A stretch of DNA of 63,586 bases, filler included, from Octopus bimaculoides (taxonomy: Eukaryota), in NCBI RefSeq assembly GCF_001194135.2. It is 5 parts of 4 records of this genome, joined end to end, with 100 filler letters (N's around TTAATTAATTAA, not from the genome) between each part and the next. Parts side by side here need not be neighbours in the genome. Positions count along the whole stretch, not along the records: positions 28,954 to 59,809 come from NC_068990.1; 4 more parts are not named here. The stretch is one strand, 5' to 3'. Of the stretch, positions 38,120 to 52,600 are shown piece by piece; position 1 is the stretch's first letter; every line of letters begins with the position of its first letter. Made by a program: the position numbers and the translations under genes. The notes beneath the pieces are model-generated. The model ran no database searches. It had not been told where the DNA came from and saw only the letters and a program-made list of their open reading frames with translations.

Positions 38120-38545
38120 CTTTTTGCTATCTTTCTTGTAAAGCAAAACCACTATTGCATTCTTCCAGCTGTTGGGACATTGCTTTCTTCAAAGTATCTG
38201 TTGAACAGCTTGGTGCACATTGTCATGATGGGCTCTCCACCATCCTGAAGAATGCCAGCAGAGATGTTGTCCTTACCAGGTGCCTTGTCCCTCTTGAGTC
38301 ATTTGATGCATGCTCTTGTCTTTGGTGGTACGATGGGAGAAGAGCATAGGATTAGAGTTGTGTTGTTAGAGAATGGTCTTGAGATCATGTGGTGCAATAC
38401 ATCTTGCTTTATAATTCCTCACATCAATTGATAAGGTGGCTGATGATTGTACCATCTTCTGACAGCATTGATGTTCTCTTTTCCCAAGCATTGTTGCATG
38501 ATCACACAAAAGAAGTCTAAGAAATCTTCAGAGTGGAGTCTCACT
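38120..38545 (-). mobile_element. LINE reverse transcriptase N-terminal remnant (RTE-like)
   Basis: The minus strand encodes KRDKAPGKDNISAGILQDGGEPIMTMCTKLFN...WKNAIVVLLYKK (the KAPG.D and W..A.VV.LYKK motifs). Confidence 0.8.
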
Positions 38546-38776
38546 GGTTATAAATGACTAATAAAAAAGAATAACCACCTTCGAAAATACGTTGTATACA
38601 TATGCACACATATACACTTTTAAATACATTCAGATAAATAAAGGCATACGTTCATATATACCTGCATAAAAGCATATTTAAGCACAAAAAAAAAAAAAAA
38701 TTAATTTTAAATATGATTTATTCATTAAGTTTCTAAACACTTCATTAACAATTTTCTTCTTTTGTTAACTCATTAG

Positions 38777-39173
38777 GATCCACCAACAGAAATTTCGAAC
38801 ATACCAAAAGTATTACCCTCAAGTGTTGAACCAATGGAGCAAGATGATAATACTCTAAACTTGCAGTCTAAGACAAACATGATACAAAAAACAGAAAATT
38901 CACAGATTACAGACATAAACACAGATTCTCAGTCAAATATGATTGTACCAACAACACTCAATAAGGATCCATCGATAGGAGAAACAATGAATGAGGAAGC
39001 AATAAACAAAGAAAGATTTTTCACAAAGGCAACATCATCATTGGAAGAAAACAACATATATATGAATGACATGTCTATGACAAAAGAGAATCAAGATTTA
39101 CTTCCTACTGAAAAACAAAATCAGATCACTAAGCTCAGTTCAGTACAGCCTTCAACAACAAAAGCTGTCGAAA
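38777..39173 (+). CDS. Ser/Thr/Asn/Gln-rich exon of the FN3-rich receptor gene
   Basis: Acceptor ttaactcattag|GAT, open frame DPPTEISNIPKV...STTKAVE, donor A|gtaagc (phase 1, matching the next exon). Confidence 0.72.
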
Positions 39174-39479
39174 GTAAGCTATCTGATGCTTTAAAATGTG
39201 AATGACATGTTTTTGTTTTATTTTATTAAGAGCTCTTCAATGAAATTTTTGTATCTTTTGAGTTCTCCGTGAAGCTTTATTTATTTTTTGCTTTCCATTA
39301 CCTTTTCTCTATTTTCCAATATATTATGGATATATTAGATCGATTCCCCTTATGGATCCAGTTAGTGGATATCTTGTTAATAGCAGTTGTTAAGAAGATT
39401 CTCTGGTTATCAACCTTCTGGTAGTGAAAGGATGTGATTTCATTTTGATATATCTTTTATCTTGGTACAGCATTAATCT

Positions 39480-40410
39480 GCTTCTCAGCACTGGCATTGG
39501 CAATGACTATGATCTTACTTGGCTTGATGGGATTTCTCAAGCACAGCATATTACCAAAGGTTTCAGTCACTTGCCATTCCCTCCATGAGGCTCAACATTC
39601 AAAGATTATACTTCATCACCTTACCCCATGTCTTCCTGGGTCTACCCCTTTTATAGGTTCCCTTCATCATTAGAGTGTGGCACTTCTTTACATAGCTGTC
39701 CTCATCCATACACATCACATGACCATACCAGTGCAGTCGTCTCTCTTGCACACTACATCTGATGCCTCTTATGCCCAACTTTTCTCTCAGAACACTTACA
39801 CTGTTGTGCATGCACACTGACATTACACATCCAGCAGAGCATACTAGCTTCATTTCTTACAAGCCTATGCATGTCCTTAGCAATCACAGCCCATGTTCGA
39901 CAGCCACGTAGCATGGTTGTTCACACACAGGCATCATACAGTCTACCTTTCACTCTGAGAGGGAGGCCCTTTGTTACCAGCACAGGTAGGAGCTCTATGA
40001 ACTTTGTCTAGACTATTCTTATTCTAGCAGTTATGCTCTTGAAGCATCCACCCCTGCTACTGACTTGGTCACCTAGGTAACAAATGCTATTGACTGCTTC
40101 TAGTTTCCATTTGATGGAGTCTGTTTACTGTACATTTTTAGTGTTTATTGTAACTGTGCACCTTCCACACAGAAAAACTATTTTTCCTGTTAACCTTCCC
40201 CTGATATTACTGCACCTGTTATGTGTCCATAGCTTACACCGGATACATCTTATGGAGTTTCTACCTACACTTCTTCCACAGATCAAGCAGGGCCATCTAC
40301 CTGAAGGGATTTGTAATTTGTCTGTTTTCCTACTTACTAAGAACTTTGGTTTTTGTTAGATTCACTCTTAGGTCCTTTGATTCTAGAGTTTGCTCCCATA
40401 TCTGAAATTT
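39480..40410 (-). mobile_element. Decayed RTE LINE 3' part, intronic
   Basis: ORF 39599-39853 reads LREKLGIRGIRCSVQERRLHWYGHVM...RGRPRKTW. Confidence 0.85.
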
Positions 40411-40806
40411 CTTCTCTAGTTCTGGTAGTAATTTGTATTAAATAAAAACATTATGCCTACCTGGAGAAGACATTGAGAAACACCCCAATATGTCTATATA
40501 TCTACTTCTAATAAATAGTCATATAAAGCCTACAATTCTCTGTGGATACAGCCATTTTACTGGCTAGAAATAGCTGCAAAATTCCCTCCAGTCACACCTT
40601 CTGCTTTAAAAATGGGAGTACACATTAAGCTAGATATTGAAAAAGATAGGATTGTCATGGCTGGAAAACTTTGATTGATATTTGGGCTGACCTAGAGCCA
40701 AACAACAGAAAACTACAAAAGCAATATGATTATAAAACAGTTAGTAATAAATAATCTGTTTCATTTTTTACTTTTTACCCATTTTTTAAAACTTCTTTCA
40801 TTGCAG

Positions 40807-41061
40807 GAAAACTATTTGCACTACATGTAACTAATGCAACTGAAACAAGTATAAGTGTGTCATGGAACGCAACAGAAAATATTAAACAATTTACGGTCAG
40901 CATAGACTCCAGTGACCAGAAGTATAATGATTTTGTAGTTAACACTACCAGTACAACGATTACAAACCTCACATGTAGTGGGTGCCGTTATAATATAACA
41001 GTAAAAAGTTTCTATGGTAATAATAAATTCAGTCAATCAATAAATACAACTAATTTTACTG
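40807..41061 (+). CDS. FN3 domain exon 1
   Basis: ttgcag| ... G|gtaagt, 255 nt, phase 1-1. It reads RKLFALHVTNATETSISVSWNATE...TITNLTCSGCRYNITVKSFYGNNKFSQSINTTNFT, with the FN3 Trp and Tyr-corner pattern and many N-x-S/T sequons. Confidence 0.92.
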
Positions 41062-42483
41062 GTAAGTACTTAATTATTGTTACTGTTTATGTTGTTAATG
41101 TGTTTTGATGGGGCATGATGGCTGTGATGTTAAGGTGTTGGACTAATGGTCTGTAGGATCATGAATCTAAACCTTACTACTGCCATCATGTTATGCATAG
41201 CAATTGCCTTAGTGCACCTGACTGACAACTGATTGTAAATCAATGGTTAATACTTGGCAGGCTGCTCAACTGTAAGACAAGTATTCCTACAGTTCGAAAA
41301 TTAAGTAAATTTGAATTCAAAAAAACAAAAATGAATGAAGTTATCTGTGACGAGTATACAGAAAATGAGTATGAAACAATGAACAAAAAGAAACTCTATA
41401 TTTGCTTTTTTTTTCCTTAAACATTCTTAATTTCAATTTCAAATTTCTATTCTTGGTTTGAAATATGACAAAATGATTATCTCTCTTGTAATAGCTGTAA
41501 CTGTTAGGGGAACCACATGTCGGAAAAATTCTAGCTGTGGATTCATAAAAATCTATTTTAAACTGTTAACAATGGTCAAGGTATATAAAGTTCAACTACA
41601 CACACAAAGAAATATCTCTAAAAAATAACAGCTTCAAATGCATATTTACTCCTCAAAGAATTTACTGGAAAACAGCTTAAACCGTTGGCTACTATAAGAC
41701 GTTTTCACAAGATAGAATTCCTTTGAAACAGTTATTATTTTGTATGTAAATGCTGAAATTTTCCTTCAATTCTGTCTGTTCCAAAATTATCAACATTCTA
41801 TGAAGAAAAAGACATGTATGTATGTATGCATGTATGTATGTATGCATGTATGTATGTATGCATGTATGTATGTATGTATGTATGTATGCATGTACGTATG
41901 CATGCATGTATGTATGTATATATGTATGTATGCATGCATGTATATATGTATGCATGCATGCATGTATATATGTATGCATGCTCACATGTATGTATTTATA
42001 TATGCATGCATGTATATATATATGTATGCATGTATGTATGAATGCATGTATGCATGCATGTATGTATGTATATATGTATGCATGCATGTATATATGTATG
42101 CATGCACACATGTATGTATTTATATGTGTGCATGTATGTTTGTGTGTGTGTTTATATATATATCTATGTACGCATATATGTGTATATGCATGAATGTATG
42201 TATGTATCCATGCATACATGCATGTATGTATGGATATATGTACGCATGTATGCGTATATATGCAAGTATGTATGTGTGTATGCATGTATGCCTGCATGCA
42301 GGTATGTATGTAAGTATGCATGCATGTGTGTATGTATGTGTGTATGTATGTGTGTATGTGTGTATGCTTGTATGTAGCCATACATACATGTGTTGTGTAT
42401 GTATGAATGCATGCATGTATGTTTGTGTGTGTGTGTGTGTGTGTGTATTATGTATGTATACACACATGTATGTGTGTGCATGT

Positions 42484-43420
42484 AGGCTTTGTCACTAACT
42501 CAGTTTTTAACCAAACTAGATGATGTTTACATTTTTAGATTGGTCACATCCTAAGCTAATTTTCATCTACAAAATTTGAAAATTGCTTTGGTAGAGAAAA
42601 GTTTCAGTAAAATATGTGACATCAAAAATGGAAGAGTAACGCCTGAAATCGATTTTGAGTCCAACTATATTTTTTTTTTTAAATATATTTTTTATTTTAG
42701 CTTATATGATAGATCTTGGTGAGAGGAATTTATCCATGTTACTTATATGCAAAAATATTCAGTAAAAAAAGAAGGATTGAGGTAAAAACCGGTGAAAGGA
42801 AAAGGTGATTAACGCCTGAAATCAACTTGGACTCCAAATATTATTCTTATTTCAAAAGCAAACTATATTTAAATTTAACTTATTTGATAGATCTCCACTA
42901 GAGGAATCTGATGATACCAATTATAGGAAAAAAAAAAAAATTAATAAAAAAGCTACTGGGGCTAATGTGCCAAAAACAGTGGTGACGCCTAAAATCAAAT
43001 TCAAAACCTAAAAATTTTTTTAATTATTTCATGTGATAGAATTCATTAAGACGAGTGTCATGGTGCTAATCTTTTCAAAAAATATCATTCACACACAGTA
43101 GTGTGTGGAATGACATTCTTAAGGTCAACATTTACTCACTCAAGACTATTTCTAGGCTTTGTCACTAACTCAGTTTTTTACATTTTTAGATTGGCTACAT
43201 CGTAAGTGACATTTCAAGCTAAAAATTTTGAAAATTGGTTCAGTAGCAAAAAAGAGTTTGAGCCAAATATGTGAGGTCACATAACACCCGAAATCGACTT
43301 TGAGTCCTTTGTTTTTTGTTTTTTTAATAAATCTACACTTTATTTTAGCTTATATGATAGATCTCGACGACAGGAATCTATCCATGTTAGTTATATGCGA
43401 AAATATTCAGTAGAAAAAAA
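42484..43420. repeat. Element with internal direct subrepeats (about 290-bp duplication at 42484-42775 and 43153-43420, plus two shorter related units)
   Basis: taggctttgtcactaactcagttttt occurs twice. The a(c/t)gcct(g/a)aaatc and tgataga(t/a) motifs recur about four times. Confidence 0.85.
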
Positions 43421-44682
43421 GTATGTATATATATATACATACATACATACATACATACATACATACATACATACATACATTCATATGTACATATACATGC
43501 ATACATACATACACACACACGCATGCATGCACACACACACACACACACACACATACATACATGCATATTGCAGAAAAATGTTACTGAAGTTTAAAGTTTA
43601 ATCGTTTTCACCTAATCAGAAAACAGGATTTTGAAACTGGCATTTTCTGCATGATAGTTATCTTTCACAAAATGAAAGCAAAACCATTATACAAGGAGGA
43701 ATTTTTATTAAACAAATGAAAGCAAAGCATTACAACGGCCAAAATTGTAAGAACTTTTGAAGTTTTGATAAGTTTTTTGTTTGCTTTAGACTTTAATTCA
43801 ATATTAGGAGTAGCAGAATTTAGATTATTATTTCTTAGGGTAAATTGACAAGGTCTTTTGCTTTCGGATAGTATGTTTGGATCTTCAGAGTAGCAAGATT
43901 CAGGTTTTTTTATTTTCAGGCAAGTTGACAAGAGCAGTAGCTGAATTGCTGGCTTTATTTTGCATCATTTACAACTAACAAACTAACTTTGCCCTAACAA
44001 AGGCAGGTAGCTCTTCCTGCCTTACAGTGGATGCATTGACTATTCCAAAAATAAGCCTATGGACTTAAGTAATTTTGCTTAAATAATTTTTTCTTTGAAA
44101 ATAATAAAACTTACTGGAGCTATACATGAAAAGAGTAGGCTTAAAATTAGATGGGCTTATCTTTGGAAAAACTCAGCAATATTTTTATAATTTTTGTTTT
44201 AATAAAATGTAGTAAATTTTTAAAATATTATTCACAGCTGCAATATTTTAGGAGTTTTAATTTCAAGTACTTTTTAGTTTCATTTAGAGGTGATGATTTG
44301 GCAAATTCTACTGTAGAACTTTTGTTCTGTACTTTTCCAGTTGTAATAACTTAAGAATATTAACATGCATGTGTCCACATTTTTCATTGTAATATATGTA
44401 TCCATGTCTACAACTTGTATCTCATGAATTGTAGAGTTAAAAAAAAAGCAATCTTTAGGAAAACAACAACAATAACATAAAGGAACAGAACAGTTAATTA
44501 ATAAATGAGTTATATTTCTTCAAAGTCCATTTATTTATGATTTTTAAATGAAACGAAGTACAATTACAAAACAGATAAACAGAAAGAAAATATAGTATGT
44601 ATAAGAGATTAACAGTTTGAAAACTAATTATTCCTAATTTTTAAAACAAACTTTTTTCTTTTGTCTTTCTCCATTATTTCAG

Positions 44683-44931
44683 TACCCAGGATGCCAAAAG
44701 TTGATGTCATAGAAAAACCAACTTTAGTTGAAATTAAAATTTTTCAAAAGAATCAAGATTGTAATTCTTTGAAAAATGACCTGGATTGGGAAATAACTAA
44801 AAGCAAAACTTCAGAAAATTGCGTGATAGAAAAAGCAGGTTTAAAAATACATTTTAATTACAATTTAACGATATGGAGACAAGTGGATGTATGGAGAAGT
44901 AAAAAAGAGTTAATTACCATCCATCTTCGAG
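44683..44931 (+). CDS. Divergent FN3-like domain exon 2
   Basis: ccattatttcag| ... G|gtactt, 249 nt, phase 1-1. It reads VPRMPKVDVIEKPTLVEIKIF...FNYNLTIWRQVDVWRSKKELITIHLR. Confidence 0.82.
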
Positions 44932-45524
44932 GTACTTTTCTTATTTTATATTATTCTGATTCAATAATGTAATAGCTAAAGACGTTGTCTGTACATTCAT
45001 TATTTCATTTTTTAATGTTTGATTTACCCTGCTAGCATAGGTTAGATGATGACATATTACTAAGACATTGTCTTATAGCTAGATGCTTATCCTGTCACTA
45101 ACCCTTACCTGTTTTTAAAGTAAGGGATTTTCCTACATATCTTTAAAAGCCCTGGACTACAGAGCAGCTTGTCAACTGTGAACTGTCAACATAATCATAT
45201 CATAGCCTTTGCTGGAGCAACACACTCACACACACACAGACATACATACACACACACACACATACATACATATATGAATGTGTATATATATATATGCATA
45301 TATTTANNNNNNNNNNTATATATATATATGTATGTATGTGTGTGTGCGCATATATGTATGTGTGTGCATATATGTATGTGTGTGTGTGTTGAGTTCAGCA
45401 TAAAACTGTTAAACTAAAGGAAAACTCAAAACTTCTAGTAGAGTACACACGTTTATTTAACTTTTAAAAGGAAAATATGGACACTAACTATATATATATA
45501 TAAATATATATATATATAGATAGA

Positions 45525-47510
45525 TATCATCATCATCATCATCATCATCGTTTAACATCTGCTTTCCATGCTGGCATGGGTTGGATGGTTTGACTGAGGA
45601 CTGGTGGGCCAGAGGCTGCACCAGGCTCAATCTGATCTGGCAAAGTTTTTACACTTGGATGCCCTTCCTAATGCCAACCATCATCATCATTATTTAATGT
45701 CCACTTTCCATGCTGGTATGGGTTAGACAGTTTGACTGGGACTGGTAGTCTGGAGAGCTGCACCAGGTTCCAGTCTGACTTGGCTTGGTTTCTATGGCTG
45801 GCTGCCCTTCATAATGCCAAGAGTGTAATGGGTGCATTTTATGTGTCACTAGCTCAAGTACCATTTACATGACAGTGACAATGGCCATGACTACAATTTC
45901 ACTTGGCTTGACTAGTCTTCTCAAGCACAGCACATCACCAAAGTCAGGCTCAATTGTCATTGTCTCCATGAGACCCAACATTCGAAGATCATACTTCTCT
46001 ACCTCATCCCTCACCTCTGTGAGGTCCAACATTCAAAGATCATGCTACCAACAATGGCCATGATTATGATTTTACAGGTGCCCTTTACATGACACCAGCA
46101 ACAGCCACAACTGCAATTTCACTTGGCTTGACAAGTTTTCTGAAGCACAGCATATTGCCAAAGGTGTTGGTTCTAGTCATTGCCTCTGTGAGGTTTAATA
46201 TTCGAATATCATGCTTCACCACCTCATCCCATGTCTTCCTGGATCTACCTCTTCAACAGGTTCCCTCCAGTTAGAGATCAGCACTTCTTTACACAGCTGT
46301 CCTCATCCATATACATCACATGACCATACCAGTGCATTCATCACTCTTACACAACACATCTGACAACTATTATGCTCAGTTTTTTTCTCAAGACATTTAC
46401 ACTATCACTCATGCAACTGACATTGGACATCCAGCAAAGCATACTACCTTCATTTCTTTCAAGCCTTTGCACATCCTTGGTGGTCACAACCTATGTTTCA
46501 CTACCATGTAGCACAGCTGTTCACTCTGCGAGAGAGACCCTTTGTTGCCAACAGAGGTAGAAGCTCTCTGAACTTTGCCCAGACTATTCTTATTCTAACA
46601 GCTATGCTCTCTGAGCATCCACCTCCACTACTAACTTGTTCACCTAGATAATAGAAGCCATCAACCACTGGTATTTAATAGAGTCTATTTTCTTTAAATT
46701 TTTGATGGTTGTTGTACCTGTGCATCTGTCACACACAAAGACTATTTTCTCTGTTAATCTTCCTCTGATATTGCTGCACTTTTTATGTGTCCAAATACAT
46801 CTTATGGAGTTTATACCTATGCCTTTACTACATATTGAGCAGGGCCATGTACCTGAAGGTATTTGTAACTTACTCACTTTACTACTTACTAAGACTTTGA
46901 TTTTTGCTAAATTAACTCTAAAGCCCTTTGATTCTAGACCTTGCTTCCACACCTGAAATTTCTTCTTTTGTTCTAGTAGTGAACCGACAATAAGAACAAA
47001 GTCATCAGCATAGAGGAGCTTTCAACTTAAATTCTTCTAGTATAGCCTGGCGGACTACAATTAACAAGAGGGAACTGAGGACTGTCCTTGGTGAACCCCT
47101 GCCTGTACTCTGAATTCATCACTCTACTCTTTGCCAAACCTTTACCTTACTGACAGCATCCCTGTACATGGCTTGTACAGCTCTCACCAACAATTCATTT
47201 ATCCTTAGTTTCTGCATTGACCATCAGATAAGGAACTCAATCGAACGCTTTTGTCATGTCAACAAAAGCCAAGTACAGAGGTTTCTTTATGACTAGGTAC
47301 TTCGACTGCAGCTACCTTTCCAGGAATATTGCACCAGTGGTGCTTCTCCCTGGGACAAACTCTCATCTAGACTAACTCCATCTAAACTAACTCTCTTCCT
47401 AATTAGTTGGGCTATGACCCTCTCCATAACTTTCATCACCTGATCCAAATCCGTTTTCTCTGCTAGCATGGGCTGGACAAAGATATTACTGACGTATTAT
47501 TTTTCCAGTC
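45525..47510 (-). mobile_element. RTE LINE 3' about 2 kb with two tandem 3' ends, intronic
   Basis: LYADD motif near 47005 on the minus strand and LESKGFRVNLAKIKVLVS. Two (GAT)n-tailed ends lie at about 45535 and 45681. Confidence 0.88.
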
Positions 47511-48646
47511 ACTAATCTTTTATCTGTTTTTCAAGTAACATCTATCTTATTCTACACATCTGCAAATGGGAAAACCCTGCAGACTCTCTGGAAGTGATGG
47601 CACAATCACTATCTGTAGCTGAGTGATTTTCAAAGAAGTGCAAGTGTTAATGATACACAAATACACATGTGTGCATGCACACACACACGCACTGAGATTA
47701 TCTATCTATCTATCTATCTATCTATTTATCTATCTATTTACCTATCTATCTATCTATACGTCGTCGTCGTTTAACGTCCGCTTTCCATGCTAGCATGGGT
47801 TGGACGATTTGACTGAGGACTGGTGAAACCAGATGGCTACACCAGTCTCCAATCTGATTTGGCAGAGTTTCTACAGCTGGATGCCCTTCCTAACGCCAAC
47901 CACTCAGAGAGTGTAGTGGGTGCTTTTACGTGTCACCTGCACGAAAGCCAGTCAGGCGGTACTGGCAACGGCCACGCTCAAAATGGTGCATTTCATGTGC
48001 CACCCGCACAAGAGCCNNNNNNNNNNNNNNNNNNNNNNNNNNNNNNNNNNNNNNNNNNNNNNNNNNNNNNNNNNNNNNNNNNNNNNNNNNNNNNNNNNNN
48101 NNNNNNNNNNNNNNNNNNNNNNNNNNNNNNNNNNNNNNNNNNNNNNNNNNNNNNNNNNNNNNNNNNNNNNNNNNNNNNNNNNNNNNNNNNNNNNNNNNNN
48201 NNNNNNNNNNNNNNNNNNNNNNNNNNNNNNNNNNNNNNNNNNNNNNNNNNNNNNNNNNNNNNNNNNNNNNNNNNNNNNNNNNNNNNNNNNNNNNNNNNNN
48301 NNNNNNNNNNNNNNNNNNNNNNNNNNNNNNNNNNNNNNNNNNNNNNNNNNNNNNNNNNNNNNNNNNNNNNNNNNNNNNNNNNNNNNNNNNNNNNNNNNNN
48401 NNNNNNNNNNNNNNNNNNNNNNNNNNNNNNNNNNNNNNNNNNNNNNNNNNNNNNNNNNNNNNNNNNNNNNNNNNNNNNNNNNNNNNNNNNNNNNNNNNNN
48501 NNNNNNNNNNNNNNNNNNNNNNNNNNNNNNNNNNNNNNNNNNNNNNNNNNNNNNNNNNNNNNNNNNNNNNNNNNNNNNNNNNNNNNNNNNNNNNNNNNNN
48601 NNNNNNNNNNNNNNNNNNNNNNNNNNNNNNNNNNNNNNNNNNNNNN

Positions 48647-48688
<42 letters not shown>

Positions 48689-49433
48689 TATGAGAATATT
48701 AAAACCCCTTATAGGTATAGTTACATCCAAGATACCCTGGTTTAATATGTTATATTTTGAAGAGATGTTTCTTCAATAAATATATTTTAAAATATCAAAT
48801 ATTATTATTAAGTTTGAAAAGGGAGAAATTCAATACATATAAATTAATTTATTCATTAATCAACATCCCCTACAATTGTTTCACTTTACACCTAACTTAA
48901 ATTACAAAATGTATATAGACATATATGTTTTCATTTTGACCAGGCTGTGTGTCATGTTTTTGAGCAAAACACTTTATTTCATGTTACTCCAGTTCACTCA
49001 ACTGTAGAAATGAGTTACTATGTCATTGGTGCCAAGCTGTGTCAGCCTTTGTTCTCCCTTGGATAACATTGGTGGTGTGGAGAGGAGAGATTGGTATGCA
49101 TGGACAGCTGCTAGTCTTTCATAAATAACCTTGCCCAGACTTATGCCTCAAAGGGGAAATTTCTAGGTGCAATCTCATGTTCATTCATGACTGAAGGAGG
49201 TTCTTTACCTTTTTATGGGTACATTCACTATACAACCACACAAATACTCACACATACAGACTCACACACTTATACATTTATATGTATGTACTAGGGTTAT
49301 TTGTTTATACATACAGATAGATGAATAGATAGATAGTGAGAAAGACACAGAGAGAGTGAGAAATATATATAGACATCGTCTGCTTGCATATTATATGTAC
49401 AGAGTATTAACACTTTCCTTTAACATATTGCAG

Positions 49434-49622
49434 AACCTAATGCAGTGAGCGATTTATCTCATATAGTTAACCAAAGTGATATACATATCTACTGGCAGAA
49501 ACCAAAAGATTCAAAAGTAAATTCGTATCAAATCATTGTTACTATTGAGAATCCATATATGCATAATTGCACAAATACAACCACAAACATGACTTATTAC
49601 ATAATAAACGACTTTTTACCAG
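49434..49622 (+). CDS. FN3 domain 3, first half
   Basis: catattgcag| ... G|gtaact, 189 nt, phase 1-1. It reads EPNAVSDLSHIVNQSDIHIYWQKPKDSKVNSYQIIV...YIINDFLP. Confidence 0.92.
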
Positions 49623-52600
49623 GTAACTATTTTAGTGACCTTTTCAGTTCTCATTTCCCTTTGTTTGGACATTTCTGAAATCCCTATTAATAATTTCTTT
49701 AATAACTAACTTAGCCTGTTTCTTTTTTATAATCTTTCTTTTCGTTTTCTTTAGCAGAAATGATAGCTCACTTACAGTATTTAATTTGAATTCAAATACT
49801 GTTGGGGCTATGTTTGGTGGGTCAGTCAACAGTCTGAAGGGTGGTGGGGGGATACATTGAAATAATTATCAGGCATGTATTTGAGTTAATTGACTATACT
49901 TTTCACTCATCTTACCTCTAGATTTATCACTTTTTTTTATGTAAGAAATCGTTTATATAGCATCAACTGCTATTTTATTTCCCCTACTCTTATTGCATCA
50001 ATAACTACGAATGTTTCAGCTTCAGTGTTGTTTCTTCTATATAGTAAAAGAATCTAATTGCTTTGTATGAAATTTAACCATTTTCACACCAACCTTCCAA
50101 TGAGCACCTCAGGTTCATTGATAGAAAACTAAATTTTTGGGAAGCTCATATTTAGATTAAGACCTTTTATCATAATTTTATACAACAATCTTTTATTTTT
50201 ATAAACACTAGCTTGATATAGAATTAAATGTAGTTATTTTACAAAGTCCTTTGAAACTTTATGCTATTTTCAAAATTAATATAAATACATAGACAGTGTG
50301 TTTCATTATAAATATGGTGACAAAAGGATTAGAACATTTATGGAATCATTTTGAACATTTATGGAATCATTTAGATGCCCTGACAATGGTTGAGAGGAGA
50401 CAATATTTTATTGGCATGATCTTTGAGTATAAAGAAATTTGTTGTAGTTATCTTGATATCCATTATGTGTATCTAAATCAAATATGGGGAACTGCTTACC
50501 CTCACTGAAATTTGAAATCACTGACTAAGAAAGTCTTTAAAACCCATGTGAAAAACTGTCTAACTTTAAGACCAAAACAATAATTTATTGTAAGTTACAG
50601 TAACATTGAAGATTCACTAGTTTTCTCAGCACAAATGGAACTTACAAGTTTTATATACTTAAAATTCATGCTTGCAACTAAAAATGTCAAGACTAGAGGA
50701 ATTCTGGATGATTTTGGTCTTTTTAGTAATTTGTTATAGACTGCTTTAATATTGTATAGTAAGTACTGGCATAGTATATTTTATGTTACTTAATATGATA
50801 TCAGTCACTTGAATTAAATGGTTATTGCTTATCCATTATTGCTTAACTAGATAAGACTAAAGATGTACCATATGTGACCACATTATCTAATGTGTATTTC
50901 CTTTTTTAAAATAACAGGGTGAGGTTTAAGGAATATTTGACAGCTAATTGTAGAGGCTCTCTTGATTAGCTTGATAATGTTGTTCATGTGTTTGCTGTTG
51001 AAAAACAAGTCATAATTATTCTTATCCTCATTAAAAGCAGCTACAGCAGCATTATCTTCAATTTCTAATTCATTTTTCACAGATGCAATTGCTCATTTCA
51101 ATTTAATTAAAATATAATCAAACTAATCTGTCTGTTTCAAATTCAATATAAAAGCTTTTAATCTGACACTGTGCAATCACGCTTCAAGTTTGACAATTAT
51201 ACAATAGTTTATGGACAAAAAATGGTATTCTTGACAACATACTCCAGAAGCTGATTTCGTCAGACATAGTTTGGAGTTCAAATTCATTTCATGTCTGTTT
51301 TGCCTTTCTGTACTTTAAGTTTAATAAAGCATGTAACAGCAGTCTATATCTTAAGAAAGAAAACAGTAAAACATCACATAATGTCTAAAATATTGTCCCA
51401 ACCTACTTATTAGTTTAACAGTAGATTCATCATTCATGAAATTGCTGCAGCTGCTCCACTCACTCAAATTGTTAACCATGAACATCAACCTCAAAGTGTC
51501 TACTTCTAACATTGTAAGTTAAAATAACTGTAGTAAACCAATATGCAAGGAGCTGTATTCCAGAAGCCATATTTTAATATGTCAGAGTATTTTAATATAT
51601 CAGAGTAACATTGCACACCCTTAACTAAATTTTGCAATATCTAGACATCTAATCATTATTTATGAATTTATTGTTAATAATTTCAATGTAAAATAATATT
51701 GGACATTATAAACTTTGATTTGCAACAGAAAGAGAAACAGGTCCACTGACATGATTCAAGTCATGACTCCATCACTTACTCAAATTACAAATAGCACCTA
51801 CTAGTCTCTCTCTCTTAAATGATGTACTTAAATCAATTTCTTTTTTAATTGCACTACTTTAGCTTACAATATAATTTAGACGTTAGTATAGCAGAAGAGG
51901 TTAAATTCCATATATAAGTATTATACACTAATGTCCACCTTGGAATGGTACTTCAGGTTAATTGAAATTACATGGATTTATTGTTTTTGCTGATTTTTTT
52001 TGTATGCATTCTATTTGTATGTCAAACATAATCCTACTCTCTAACATTATCCTACTTTATATCCTACTAACAAAGTAATTCAAATTATATTCTATTAAAA
52101 TAACAAATGTTCTTCAAACTTCAAGGTCTTCTGAAGTTTTGTTTTCAAATTCATAATGTATTTATTGAACACTCTTTAACCACACTTTTTTTCAAGATCC
52201 TTGCCTTCTCTAAATCTTCCATCAATCTTTGATCTCTGAAACCTATACTAAAAGTGTAACAATTCCCATTCTCAAATATTAACAATTTTCCTCTAACATT
52301 ATCAAATATAATTATGTGAAATAATCACTTGTAAGTGTACCACAATAGACAGCATTATTGTAATGGCTCCAATTTCAAATAAATATTCCTATTTACTAAT
52401 CCTGTATTAACCCATCTTTTTTACTGCTACTCATATATTTTTTAAAGACAGTATGGTAAGATTTGAAGATGATTTGGCAGAAGCCGGTTAAGTGACCATG
52501 TAGAGGCTCTGAACATGCAAGGAACACAGTTTGTTATTGCAACAAATATAGGCACTGAAATAGCTGCTACATCAATAGTCCATCATGACATAAAAATCAA

